Position numbers and translations under genes: made by a program | From: Pavona decussata | Lineage: Eukaryota | Length of the DNA: 64,000 bases | Direction: 5' to 3' | NCBI GenBank assembly: GCA_977016875.1 | Contig: CDRNST010000392.1 | Span: forward strand, 186,001-250,000 | In this document: positions 13,301-26,900 of the stretch, in pieces | Position numbering within the stretch: the stretch's first letter is position 1 | How the letters are laid out: the number at the start of each line of letters is the position of its first letter | The notes under the pieces: model-generated | Told to the model about the DNA's origin: nothing | Seen by the model: the letters and a program-made list of their open reading frames with translations, nothing else | Databases searched by the model: none

Positions 13301-14925
13301 TTGTCTGTTCATTTTCCAGTTTTTCACCAACTGGCAGTTTTAGAAAACTTATCCAGTTTGTTCCATGGTACTCTCTTTGTAGCATCGAACGTAGAAAGTG
13401 AAAGGAAAAAAAAGCATATTTAATTGCATGTTTAATCGATATGAGTTCTCGATATAGTCGTTCATAATTAACATAAATTTTAAAGAAACCAGAAGTGGCC
13501 CAGAAGTATCCTTTTGAGAAATTGAAAGACACTTATTTATATCCAATGTTCGTAGTTAATTTATTAAAGGTGTATAACTAAAGTCATCTTTTGCTGTTCG
13601 TATTAAAGTTATCCCCCTACCCCCCACAAACACCACTACAGTATATTGCAAAGAATAGACCATTTCCGATGTATTAAAATTCTAGCTTGGCTACGAGGGT
13701 TTTGGGAATAAAACAAAAGAAATTAATTATTCATCTTTGAACCTCAATGTAATTTCTGTTGTTTTATCCCCCCAAACCTCGAAGCCAAGCTAGAATTTTA
13801 ATATATCGGAAATGTTCTATTATTCCCATTTTTCGTATCCTCTGAAGAAGATTTTAAAAATCATGAAAGGGCTATTAGCTGTTGTGAAACACCGCTGCCG
13901 CAAATTACAACAGGCGAAACACTGTCAATATGTTTCCCAGGCCCCCATTCATCCCGTTGGCTCTGATCTGAGAATGAATTGCTGGCTGTTTTACAAGCGT
14001 TTTTTCTCGAGATAACGAGGTTTCAGAGCACATGTAATTTTAATAATTCTATTTTTTGCAATGCTCACATACCCGTGATATGGTAACAAATCCGCTCTTT
14101 GTCCAGTTTCAACATTTGCATCTTCCTGTCCAATGTGTCCAATCCGACGCTCTTGAACTTCGAATTCTGTTCACGCTTTCAATGACTTATGAACCTGGAA
14201 ATATTAAGACGAAAAATTAACAGAATTACCCGAAACACTTTCCATAAAACATATGGTCTTCGCAAAAGATGTTTCAAGGGCATTTTTCTGATTATTCGCT
14301 CACCTTTCATTATTTTAGCGTGAAATTCCCGGACTCGCAGCATGTTTGCGGATGAAATCGATGAAAGAGTACTCCTGGCCTAACAGAACTTTCCACGCCC
14401 TCAAATGGCTCGTATTTTTGACCTATTCAGTTGGTTTGATGGGCGAGAGGCTGCTTTAGTTGCTTAACCGAAGAACAGAACAGGACCTATGTCTATACGT
14501 CCTTTGACTTCAATTTTCATTTGAACCACTTTAAACGTCTAGATGCCATCAACGACTGTGCATGGTGAATACTAAACAAAGCACAGCAATTCCGTTGAGG
14601 TGAGAGAAAAATAATCTTTATTCATGAACATATTTTCGTTTGGTCTCGGCCCTGGTGTCCTTTCCATAAAAAAATTCCGCACACAGCTTTTTAGACATGT
14701 TTAGAATCTCCAATTTCGTTGGACCAGTGTATCAAGCATGCGCAGGGCTAGGATACGTTGTTCCTGTTGTTTGTTCATTTCTCTGCTATTGTTTTTTTTT
14801 TTTTCAGCCAATCCTGTGAGCCCTTCTAAGAGCTTCGTGGGGCCCCAAAGTTTTCCTGAATTGTGTCTTATAAATGAGATGGTTTTGTTTTCTCGATGTC
14901 CTTTTTTTAAACCAGAACACCTTTT

Positions 14926-15056
14926 NNNNNNNNNNNNNNNNNNNNNNNNNNNNNNNNNNNNNNNNNNNNNNNNNNNNNNNNNNNNNNNNNNNNNNNNNNN
15001 NNNNNNNNNNNNNNNNNNNNNNNNNNNNNNNNNNNNNNNNNNNNNNNNNNNNNNNN
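14926..15056. other. Assembly gap
   Basis: Run of N. Confidence 0.99.
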
Positions 15057-17534
15057 GTAGATGGGGGGAGGTATTCACATTTTACACCCCAAAGGTAAGA
15101 CTGATGTAAGCTTTTCACTGGGACAGAAACATAAGCAGGAACACAAACGCTGCCTTAGCAAGTGAGAACACCTGCAACATAAGCGTAAGCACAAGAAGAA
15201 CGAACATGTTTGTCCTTCTTGTGCTTACGCTTATGCTTATGTCACAGTTTTCACTAATGAGAACAAGGATGACATAAGCACAAGCACAAGGCAGCCAACC
15301 GTTTCGTCGGCATCTTGCTTAACAGTGAGGGGAGCTGGTTTCGAGAGCTCTGCCAAGAAATGATTTTCTCGCGTGCGTCTGTTCTTATGCATATGTAGCT
15401 AGCTGGTGTTCTCACATGCTTTTTCTTTAGCTTATGCTTATGTCCTAGCAGGTCTCGCTTTGAAGTGCTAACTCGCCTGTGAAATTTCTCACCAACAAGT
15501 TAAGAAAGAACGTCATTGTTACAGATTTCGAGAAGGAGGGGGGGGGGGGGGCTGGTGGAGAGGTGTGAACCCTGTGGTGTCTATGCATTCCTCTAAGGGT
15601 GGAGCGGGGGGGGGGGGGAGAGGAGTGGGGTATAAAACACGCTGTTATCAAAGACTGATACTTTAATAAGTGAGTGGTCATTGTAGTTATGTAAAAATCT
15701 TAAGCAGCTGCAAAAACGAAACTTCAAATTATTCAGGCTTGAACATCACCTCTGTGATACCGGTGCAGGACTATGCTAACTGAGCTATCAAGCCCCAAAA
15801 TAACGAGCTCCCAGTTGCTTGGCGATGTACACGAGTTTCATATACTTTCAGACTTGTACTCCGCCTTGTCTAAAGAGGTGCGCAATTTATGTTGAAATTT
15901 CTACAACCGTGTCTTCCTCCAGCACCCAGAGGCAGATAGGCGGGGAAAGGAAAAGTCAAAACTGGCAAGAAAAACACTTTTCGCTTAACTTTTTCTTCGC
16001 CATAATTTTTATTGCTGATTTTAACTTTCCCTCGCTCCGACCATCTGCCCCCGAGTCTACGAGGATGCAACCATGCACACTTTTGTTCGTTCACACTTTG
16101 GCTGCTGAATCGTCCCTGTTAGGCCAACTCACGTGACGAGAGGGCGCGTGGGTTGATGGGTAATAGGAAAGAAACGTCAAACGCAAAAAGTTAGCGTCAC
16201 TTCCGGTTTCCCACAACGTGAAAGTTTTGTAGCATGGGTACAAACGTTTCTGAGCGTGACGCCCGTATAAAAACAATGCAAAAAGCAAAGCACTTCGAGA
16301 CAGCTAATATCACGCCGAAAAACTTGAAATGTTGAGGATTCTACATTTGTCTGTACTTTCCTTTGTAGAATTAAGAACGAAACTGCGCACGCGTAGAACG
16401 TTTAGCCGCTATTCACGCTTACTTCCTTCCCACCAACCACCGCGCGTCAAATTTCAATAATACGAGAAAAGACTAGGACGAGCCAGCTCAAAAACGTCAA
16501 ACAAAGATAATTATTATCTTTGTCAAGAAATGCCTCCACTTTATACTAACGGGCTGTTTCAAGCTTTACTACAGTTTAATATAAGCCACCAGACTATTTG
16601 TCAACTCCAGCTCAATAAACTCTTTTATTCTTTAAAATCCAACAACTTGGACATCGTAGTTTGCCAGCTAAGCAATACATAAAAATTACATTCAAGTATT
16701 AAATATATATAGATATATTCCTGATCAAAGCACCTGGTCAAATACCAATAAAATATAAGTCTATAATTCGTTGAAAAGATACATGTTCTTATGTTAAAGT
16801 TAGACTCCGTTTAAAAGTTAAAGAGATATATCATGATTGAATCAATGCAATTTTTTTGTTGTTATCAAGCGAATATTCGCGTAAGATATTTCGTGGCATC
16901 TATGCGGCAGCAAAAATAGCTGCAAATAGAAACCTTGCTTTTGATTTTAAATTCACTAAGGAAAAATGCCTTTCTACACGAACCTTAAATTTCTAGTGTG
17001 ATGAAAGTGCAATGTATACAGCTTTTCTTAGCAAACTATTTTCTCCACGGAAAAACAACCGGCTGTTTCATCCGGCTAAGCAAACTGTGACAGTTTTCAA
17101 TATAAGCATTTTCAATGTACATTCTTGTTTGTGAACACTGTTTATGAAATTGGGAAAAAATGCGCGCGAAATGTAACCGCGCCCGCTATGTGTCAGTTGC
17201 TAAGCAACGTAGAAAGACCTAATTGTTTTAGCGATTTCTTATTGGATGATAAGGACCGGCAAACTCTCTGGTTCTTTAACCAAAAGCCAGAAAAGTAATT
17301 TTCTCCATATGTTTTGTTTGTCGTCATTCTTTTGACATTAAATCAATTGAATTGCGGAATTTTAAAACAATTTAAGAAATGCTAGCATTCGTACCGGCTT
17401 TATATAGAATGTTGACGTAGGTCAGCTGAATATTTGCAGTCTAGAAATTCTCACATGCATGCATTTCTTGATCTTGTGTAGCTAGCTAGAGCCATAATAT
17501 GAATTTATCTGTTAAGAATTTAACGTCCTAACCG

Positions 17535-20500
17535 TTATAGGTCAGCTGAATATTTGCAGTCGATAGTCGCTTTTATAAACAGACAGTTGTCTTTCACATA
17601 GTTTATTGATTCCAGACCTCGGTGAGAAACAAATTGTGGGTAGCCAAACCCGAGTGTGGCTCCATTTTTACTGGGCTTCTGGAAGCTTTTCCAGTTTGGG
17701 TCCGGGCTAAATGATTGGCTGATATTCCGTTGGCCCCTGGTGGAGTCCCTGTTTTGATCCAAAAGCGACAACATGATCTCACCTTCGAAAGGCCATTTTA
17801 GGAGGGCGTCGTATTCACCCGGGAGAAGGCGCACGTACAAAGAAAGGTGAGAGCCTTCTCCGCTGCCATTGCCGTATGGAAACATGACGATTTTGAATTT
17901 GTAGCCGTAAGGACTTGTGTAAAAGGGCGGACTGTGTAGCTCGACTCCAGTTTTACGTTTCGCTTCTTCGAATTTCGCCCAAAAGTCGTCCACTTTCCAG
18001 TAGAGCTTGCTGTCCGAGAAAGGTTTGCAATGTTTGACAATCTCGCGAAGTTCGTCGATCTCTTTTTGCTGATCAATAGCGAGTTGCGATACGAGCTCAA
18101 GGTGTTTTTTCATGCCATCTTCAAGGTGTTGTTCGAGAGTGCGTTGTGGACACTGCAAGAAAAACAAAACAATCAAACACGGGCATTTGTGTTGGCAGTT
18201 AGAATGCTAACACAACGAATCTTTGAAGCAATTTTTCTGGCTTTTAAGTTCATATCAAAGTAATCGATAGAAGACCAAGCTTGGAAAGTAAACTAAACTC
18301 GCAAGAACATCGGTTCCTTCGAAACTGTTCGATACTTAGAATAAACACACCGGAGACAAGTAAAATTAATTTTGCGTTCATCGAAGTTAGTCGCATTCTG
18401 TATCGCGTCATCCTCGCTGGTCGCCTTGCTGTTGACTAGAATCACTAAATTGTTGTGTAAATTCGTTGCGCAGGAGATTTCTGGTCGAAATCCACGTTCT
18501 TTAGGGCTGGAATCTGGACGATGACGTTCCAGTTTTTTCTATATGTTATTGTTTCAGTGTAGCCTATCACAATACGAATGACTTTTTTGCCAGCCAATCA
18601 GATTCATAATCCAAATCGGCGCGTTTCCTCGCCGCGGTTTGCACCGTTTGCACATTTTCCCACGCTTTGCACCTCTTGCCGGTTGCACCTTTTCTCAACC
18701 TCTTGCGGTGCTTGCATACTTTTTATTTCAAGTTTTGACCAGCTCTTTGCCGCCATTCTGATTTATGCAGCAAAGTACTCGAAAAATAAATCACGAGAAG
18801 CACTTACTTGGTGCTGGCATCCGACATGTTTAAAAGGACATTGAATGTGATTCGAACGACAGTCCTGAGAAAGATGACGTTCAACCTGGAATATAGAGCG
18901 AGGGTTCATTAGTAGATTTATGACACAGAAAGACAAGTGGAGTCGAACCTAACCTCTGACACCATAGAGGATACGCATAAGCTCCATAAAATGACGGCGA
19001 ACACGGTCTGAACTTGAAAAGAACCAGCTCGAAGGACCAACTATATTTTACAGAGATCGCATAAAGCTCGGCACCAGCACACGCAAAGAGACAAGTAAGG
19101 TAGCCCCGACCTAGAACATTTGAAATTTTCTCAAAACCTGTAAAATAAAAACTCGTCCCCAGGGTCCCTTAGGACCTTCGACCTCATGCCATCATGCAAG
19201 GCATCCTGATATACTACAATAGCCCTCGCTTCACGATGAGTTTTACTTTACTTTTGTTTTCGTTTTGAGCTAAATCCTATTTCAATTTATATGTATTTTA
19301 TTTTTAATTTCCATATTTGTTTGACTTTAATTTTACTGTTTTAGCTTGTCCCCTCGTGTATGCTGACCTTAAGAAACGTGAGGGCTACGTGCTAAAACGA
19401 TTGAAACAATTTTCGTCACACTAACTGAAACCAACAATACAGGAGGTCTAAATAACACCACTCACCTCTTCTCGCGGAATCTGAGAGACGCCACAGCTGT
19501 TTGGACAGCTAAGAGGAAAGCGAGGACACACTTGAAGATGACTCTGCAAAGAAACAAGCAAATACATTCCTGATTCCACGGCTTTAAGCATAGACGCTAG
19601 CAGCAACGTTCCTCAAGAAAATGACGCCTCCACAGCGAAACTGATAACTTACGATACCTACATGTGTATACTGCCATCTACTGGTTGAAATAAAGTAATC
19701 CCAACAAACGGCCAACACAGTCTCTACTCAGATCAGAGCACTGTGTGGTAACTACGCAGAATAAGCTCGTTGTCCATCTTTATATTTCGATTTAAAAAGA
19801 TATTAATTAGCCAGCAAGTGAATAAACCTCAATACAGACCTGCATGTCCTCAAACTTGACTTGTGCACGACAATACTGGCATTTGGTTAGTCTCCTGGGA
19901 CATTCCTCAGACATGTGTGACGTGATCTCACCACGTGATATCCTCTGGCCGCACGTGCACGTAAAAATGTCCGACTCGCTTTCAAGGTCCACTTGACTTG
20001 TAGTATTCGACCGGCTTCTCTCTGACCCACGATAAACCACCTCACTTGCAAATTCCTCACGGCCAACGTAATTGAGGAAGGCTGGAAACGAGGCAGAGCG
20101 CATGGGTGGCGCAGGGCTTGGGGCTAAGACTTCTTGCGAGGTGCTGTTGCTACGGTTACCGCTGCGCAAGTTTCGTGTGTCGAAACGGACTGAGTTGTGA
20201 GGCATGCTCTGTCGATGATTCCCTCCTCTTTTTAAAGCTGGTGGTTCGTTTTGCGAGGGGGAACGTCGGCAACGCTTCAAGTGTTCCTATCAGAAAGAGA
20301 AAAAATAAAGATTACAAAGTTTATTTTTTACATATGACTGTTGAACATCATTGCTAATTCGTTTTTGGAGATTAACAAAGTACCGTTACTTCAATTTGCA
20401 AGGTTAAAACGTCTTTGGGAAATAGGCCATTTCCGAGTTGCTGTAAACCTCATTACGAATGCGAGGCTAAGTGCAAAGTTTCTATTATGAAAATTAGTTC

Positions 20501-23500
20501 TCATTCATATGCAAACATCACTAATTTTAATATCAAAAGGTTTGTACTTAGCCTCGCTTCCATAATGAGGTTCACAGCAACTCGGAAATGGCCTATTAAT
20601 ATTTCAGTTCAGGATATTCCACTAAAACTCAGTAGCCTAGTGACTAAGGCTTGTGACTAAATTCAATTCGAATTTCTACTTTTTTGTCTTCCTGAAAACG
20701 AATAAAATGTCTTACATGCACATCAGCGTTTTCAGACCATTTTCGACTGTCCAAATTAAGCTGGAAAACGATGGATTATTCATTCTAGGAACAACCATGT
20801 TTTCGTTCTCAGACTTTCTTCGGCTGTTTAGTTATCATGCCTCGCACCATCTTAAGATGATTGTGCTTAATCGTGTATGCTGAGCTTTGTAACTGGTTCA
20901 AATACAAGATAAGGGTGGAGCCCGTCTCTTTCCGACCACGCAGAAGCGCACTCAAGGAGCAATCGCGTACTCACACGCATTTTCCCGCGCTTGGTACCAC
21001 CAGTTTTCCCGGGCTTGGCACCGGTTGCGCATTTTCCCGCGCTTAGCACTGGTTATATGTTTTTCCGGTGGTTATACATTTCCCGCGCCTGTCACCAGTT
21101 GCATATTTTAATTACGTGTTTTCATTGGCTCATTGCGTAAATTCGCTTGTTGTGATTGGTCAGAGGTAATAAATTTTTTTAAGGTTTACAAATGAGTCTC
21201 CACCGATTCCGAGTTGCTTTGAACCTCATTATGAAAGCGAGGCTTTGTGCAAAACTTTCTTTAGAAAAAATAGTTTTCATTCATTTGCAAACAAAACTAA
21301 TTTTCATACGAAAAGCTTTGCATTTAGCCAAGCTTTCATAATGAGGTTCAAAATAACTTGGAAATGATTTATTATACAAACCTGTTTATCTTTGAAGACA
21401 ATCTCCACCGAGCAATAATCGCAGTAGACCCAGCGATGTGAGCACTCGTTCCTCAGGTGCAGCGGCATCTGGTGTCTCTTCATTCTGTTCCCGCAGCCAT
21501 TGCTACACATGACTATGTCTTCATCCGGGTTCCGCCGAGCAGCAGGGCAGTTGTGGTTCTGAAGAGCGTTGGAAAAAGCGTAAATTATAAAGTGAACTTT
21601 ACCGGCTAATAGCGATGGTAGGGCGAGAAGGTACCATACGTGTTTGGAGAAAGAGAGGCTATTTACAAACGCAAAGCTTATTTTGAGCGAGGGAACTCTG
21701 ATTGAAAGGAAGAACGGCTGAATCGAATCACTATGGTATGCCACTGGGCCCGATTGCATGAAGCAATCTATTACACGGACGGTTCAAGAACAGTTCTTTA
21801 CGTCCTGAACGAGTTTCTCGCGCTGCCAGCCGAGTGATTCACGAGTAACCCATATAGGAAACAGAGAGAGCTCACCCCAATCCTTTTGAACGCAAGCAAA
21901 TGTTGGGAAAATACTGCCTGTAATTTTAAGTTGCTTTCAATCAACCGGACTTTGGTTTGTTTTACAATGAACGTGGGTCAAACTAGGGATTGAGTAAAAG
22001 GTAGGGTAGGGTGGGTAGGGAGGGGTGGGGTGAGGGGAGGGGAGGGTGAACACAGGAAACACGACTTGAAAAGTTCACATTGGGTGCTTATTTTCGTCTC
22101 AGCTCTCACCTGCAGTTTCTCGAAAGTCGTTTCCTTTTTGCATCGGGGACATTTGACCCACCGCTTGACGCAGTCTTTCTTGACGTGATCCGAGATCTTC
22201 CTTCGTTGAATCTTCTGACCACACCCCGCAATACAGTCCACAAGGGCGTACTTGCATCCAGCCATGTGATCCTACAACATGAAAAAACATAACGTAACCT
22301 TGTTAAAAGCAAAAACCTTGCGTGACTTTGCCCTTATGTCGTTATGTCGCTAGTGTGAACCAGGCCGTTTAGTCATGAATGTGTACAGGTGACCCCTTGG
22401 GAAGATCTTCAACTTGGCACACTCTTGAGTAGTTGTCAGCTCTGTGAAGGTGTTTCCATGACAACGAGAAGACTTACCGGAGGTATCTCCTTCGGAGAAT
22501 CTCCCCTTCACAGAGGCCTCTTCAGAAAAACGGATAAAAAATTCGGAAACAGCGAGAAAAACGGCATTACATTTAGCCATCTTGCCACCCTCTCCTAGGT
22601 TAATTTACCTCTCCTTATTAATATAAGTTTGAATTACTCTAAGAACCCTCTGCAGAAGTGCGTAATTCACCAAAGCTCTCTTAGAGTTTTAGTAAAAGTA
22701 TGCGATTATGCCAGAATTATGGGAGGAGTCCAACGACTAATACATAAGCCCGAGATATATCTGTACAAGGCGCTCAGGGGAGATTCCTTAACACGGAATG
22801 AACACTCTACGTACCTCGAGTTTTTTCAGCTGGCCTTTCCATTTGCAACCAAGCTGATAGTGATCGCAATAAACATTCAGTGAAAATATCATCTGGTTTG
22901 TCACGTCATCCGCGTAGATCTACCAAAGAATCAAAGCAAGATGTTACAAAATCCCTGGTTTAAACACAAGGGCGCATTCTTTCGGGGCTATTCTGGATTA
23001 AGAATACGAGGAATAGAAGGTATTAATGTTCTTTTGGGACCAATACCTTTTTGGAATGAACAGAATAGTACGTCGTTCATTTTTCTCACTTTGAGTTCAG
23101 TTCATTTCATTCACACGTCGATATTTAATTAAATTTACGAAGTAATAAAATATTAAAGAAGAAAGGCGGAAATAAATGGCTTTGGGGGGAAGTATGCGGT
23201 GATTAGAGGAGCATAGCTTTCGAGTTATTTACCGCATACATGGATTTAAAGATTATGGTGAATGCAACCAGAAAGAACGGAATACAGTTTGCTCGGAATA
23301 CAAGAAATTGCGTTGAACTTCTTTTGAGAAGGTTTTCGGTTGAATGGGAAGAGTCAGAATTGCGTTCGTTTATGAACTGATCTTCCGTGTATTCTGTTAT
23401 TTATTTTTTATTTTTTACATATACAATTTGTTAGGCGCATTTGATCATATACACATGCTAATNNNNNNNNNNNNNNNNNNNNNNNNNNNNNNNNNNNNNN

Positions 23501-23805
23501 NNNNNNNNNNNNNNNNNNNNNNNNNNNNNNNNNNNNNNNNNNNNNNNNNNNNNNNNNNNNNNNNNNNNNNNNNNNNNNNNNNNNNNNNNNNNNNNNNNNN
23601 NNNNNNNTAATCAGAATTTGTTCCAAAAGAATGCGCCCCGCCTAAGGCCCTCAGATTACACGAAAGAAAAAAGACTAACGAAGCATGTAAAAAGAAAACG
23701 TTTTCCGCCCAGAGGTAAGCACTTCCATTTGTTTTCGATGTCCACGTGTAAAGCAAAGAAAGCACTTCCAGAAGATTGCAGTAATTTGGCTGTTTTTATA
23801 CTAGG

Positions 23806-23837
<32 letters not shown>

Positions 23838-23875
23838 AACATTTATTGTTCGTCTGGTTATGCGTCTCTTGTGTT

Positions 23876-23909
<34 letters not shown>

Positions 23910-26900
23910 TGAGTATAAAAACAGCCAACGTTGCTACTTTATAATTTTCTGAAATATAATTTTCCGCGTTGCGTTCGATCGTTTATGTTAAAATGGAAGA
24001 CCAGACCGTAGAAAACCCGGCTTTTGTTTTCGTTTGTCTTTGCCATGAAGAATATTGAGTTTCGTTTAATTTTGGACAGTGATTTTAAAATCGCTGTTTT
24101 TGGTGCGCGTTTTGCTCGCGTAGCAAGCGTTTTTGTTTTTTTGCTTCTTCTCCCGGAAACGCTTGCTATGGAGGATGGGTTAGTGCGTCTCCAAAAGAGT
24201 TAACGCCCGATCTTTTACTCTTTTACATGTAGACAGAAGGAAAAACCGAGCAATAAATATATTTTGTTTTCACTCGTTTTTGCCGCCTAAATCAGCATTT
24301 TCAAGTATTTCCACCTCGGAAAGAGTTTTTCAGAATCGTCTGTTTCAGTATTAAAGTTTCCTCTCATCTACAGCGAGCCGATAAACCGTGTACGTGCCGA
24401 GGCTTTCAAAATCCCTGTTCAGTTCGGCGAGTTTCTTTTCGTGTGTCCAGACATATACACGCGTTCACGAAGTCATGAGCGGAAATTCAAACCTCAATGG
24501 AAAATTCTTCATTTTCAATTAAGAGGGAGAGGGGTCATCGTTGGATAACACGCGCGCATCGTCTATTCTCGCGCGCGACATGTGATCTCCACGATCTCGG
24601 AAACAGGCCAAGAATAAAATTCTTATCTCTCACCGTAAGAGATAAGAATTGGGACGTTGTTACTAGTTTGATAAATGACCGTATTAGGAGAGAGCGCTAT
24701 TAAAACCATTATTTTTTTTTCTTTTTCATAAAAAGGATTTGAACAAACCAGAACAGAGTGGGTGGGCTCACTGCCTGAGGGCAAGGAAAAGGTTTTGTAT
24801 TTGATGTCCATTTCGAAATCCAATTTGAGCGTGAAAGGTCTTCCTAATGGGCAATCTTATTATCTTCACAGAAATACTCGCGACTATTGAAAAACAAAAT
24901 TCTTTCAAGTAGAATTATAGATTTTAACAGCGGGGTTCTCGACTTAAACATCTCCATTTTGCTCCAATCCCCCCGGGGCTTTTTATAATAGAAGGGGCTT
25001 GTAGCCGAACCCGCTTAGTAAATCCCTCCGGAGATAAAGGGGAGGTCGTCAGAAAAAAAAAAAATTCCACGATGGAATAAAATGTAGAGAAACGTAAGCA
25101 TCGAAAAACAAGTGAAAACGTTGCCACGCAAGATTGTTTTGTCTGCTTTGTTTGTATAGACGCCAACTCAGACGCTAGCCTTTGATGTCACGCAGAAATC
25201 CAAGCCGCAATTTACATTTTAGTTTTCTTGTTTTCATGTTGATTCAGTCGAGGAAGCGGTAACTTTGAACTTCTCCAAATGTTCGGCAAAAATTCTGGCG
25301 TTTTCACTCGGTCGGTTTCTTGAATTCTTCATTAATCCCCTTGAATTCCTAACGATATTTTTAAAATGTAGAGGTCAAAACTAGATCTGAGACAGCGGCA
25401 AACGTGCGGTGTTTGTAAAATATTATTCGAACGCCAATTTCACGTCCATTTTCTTATATTCATCAGCAAGACAAATTGTTTCTGATATCAAAGAACCTGG
25501 AACATCGTGCGACCGGGCAGCTGCTTTTCACCTGACGCTGAAATTATAAATGGTGGTATGTCACGGGAAAAGAACAACCACAATCTCATTTTAATAACGC
25601 AAATCGGCGTCTTATTATTCGAAAAAAACATATGCATATGCAAAAAGTTGTTTTAGCAGGGAGTAAGTAAATTAAATATCTACAAGTTTAAACCGTAAAG
25701 CAGTTGGTATAAGTAGACACTCTTACCTGAGAAATATCAATAGTTGAGCTGTCCACGGGACATCGCAGCCGGGCCACTTGCCTAGGAAGGGGAGGAGGAA
25801 CAATCCATATGTAAAGACGAGGCATTTGCTTTCCTACTCTACCTCAGGAAGCGATTCACTCGCAATATTAGAAGCGAAAATCTGTCGACTCCGCGACCTG
25901 CTTCAGTAAACATCAACGGAGGGGCACATCAATGGCAGAGTGACAGCTGATTTCAGTCGACGCGAAACTGGAACACTACCGAGATATCAGTTTTCTTTTT
26001 CCACAAACAAAGACTTGGGCGTAACTTGGTTTATTAATTATGCATACGATTGCTTTTGACAACTGGGAGAGCCTCTAATTGGTTTATTTTCGGCCGCGCG
26101 AGGGTTTACTCAAACCTGATACCTTAGAATGGGTTCCGAACAAAGCGCTCGTAAATTAATTTTGACGATTTATGCCACAAAAAACGTTCCTGGTATGTGC
26201 GGCTTCCGTAAAAAAGCTGATAAATGCCAAGCTTTGCTTTATACTTAACAAAAGAAAAATCAAGTGTCATTTTTTGCTTTTTCATCGACCGCGCAAAAAC
26301 TTAACAATCAGTACGACTTGAAAAAAAACTAAGTAACATAACGCGAACTACAAATGCAATAGGGCTTTATTTTAAGTTTTGCCAAGCACTTAACTAGTTT
26401 CCTCAACATAATGATCGCCGCTATGATTTGGCTATCAATTGCCGATCAACGGAAAGGTGATGAAAGTATTTTAAGACTACGCAAGCGTACGATATTCCTC
26501 CATGAATCGAAATACATTTATGTATTATACTTCTTACAAATATAACCAAAACTAGGTACAATATAAGGACACCATGATTAGAATTTAGAGACCCTAGTAT
26601 TAGAGATCGAAATGTTTTAAATATGATGGCACTTCGATTCGAAAGTTTTAATTTCAGGGAATAAAAATATTCCAAGAAGAAACCGAACATTATAAAACAA
26701 TGAAGTTCTAAAAGTTTACCTAGGTACATTTTTTTGACAAATGATTTTTTCTTCAAACATCTTTGGACTTCAACGGCATGATATTTCCGTTAATCAAAAC
26801 CGCAAAGAGGAAACGATGTCACATGTACAGTCTAGAGATTGTGATATGTTCTTTTCGTTTAATGCAAATTAAACCACTTTGCAAAAAGAACACTTGAACC

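Noticed and set aside
25843-25913. Possible alternative phase-2 first exon (MFTEAGRG...) giving a RING-less TRAF-A
   Set aside because: Weak donor (gtagag), a 61-nt intron and no other support; compatible with chance.
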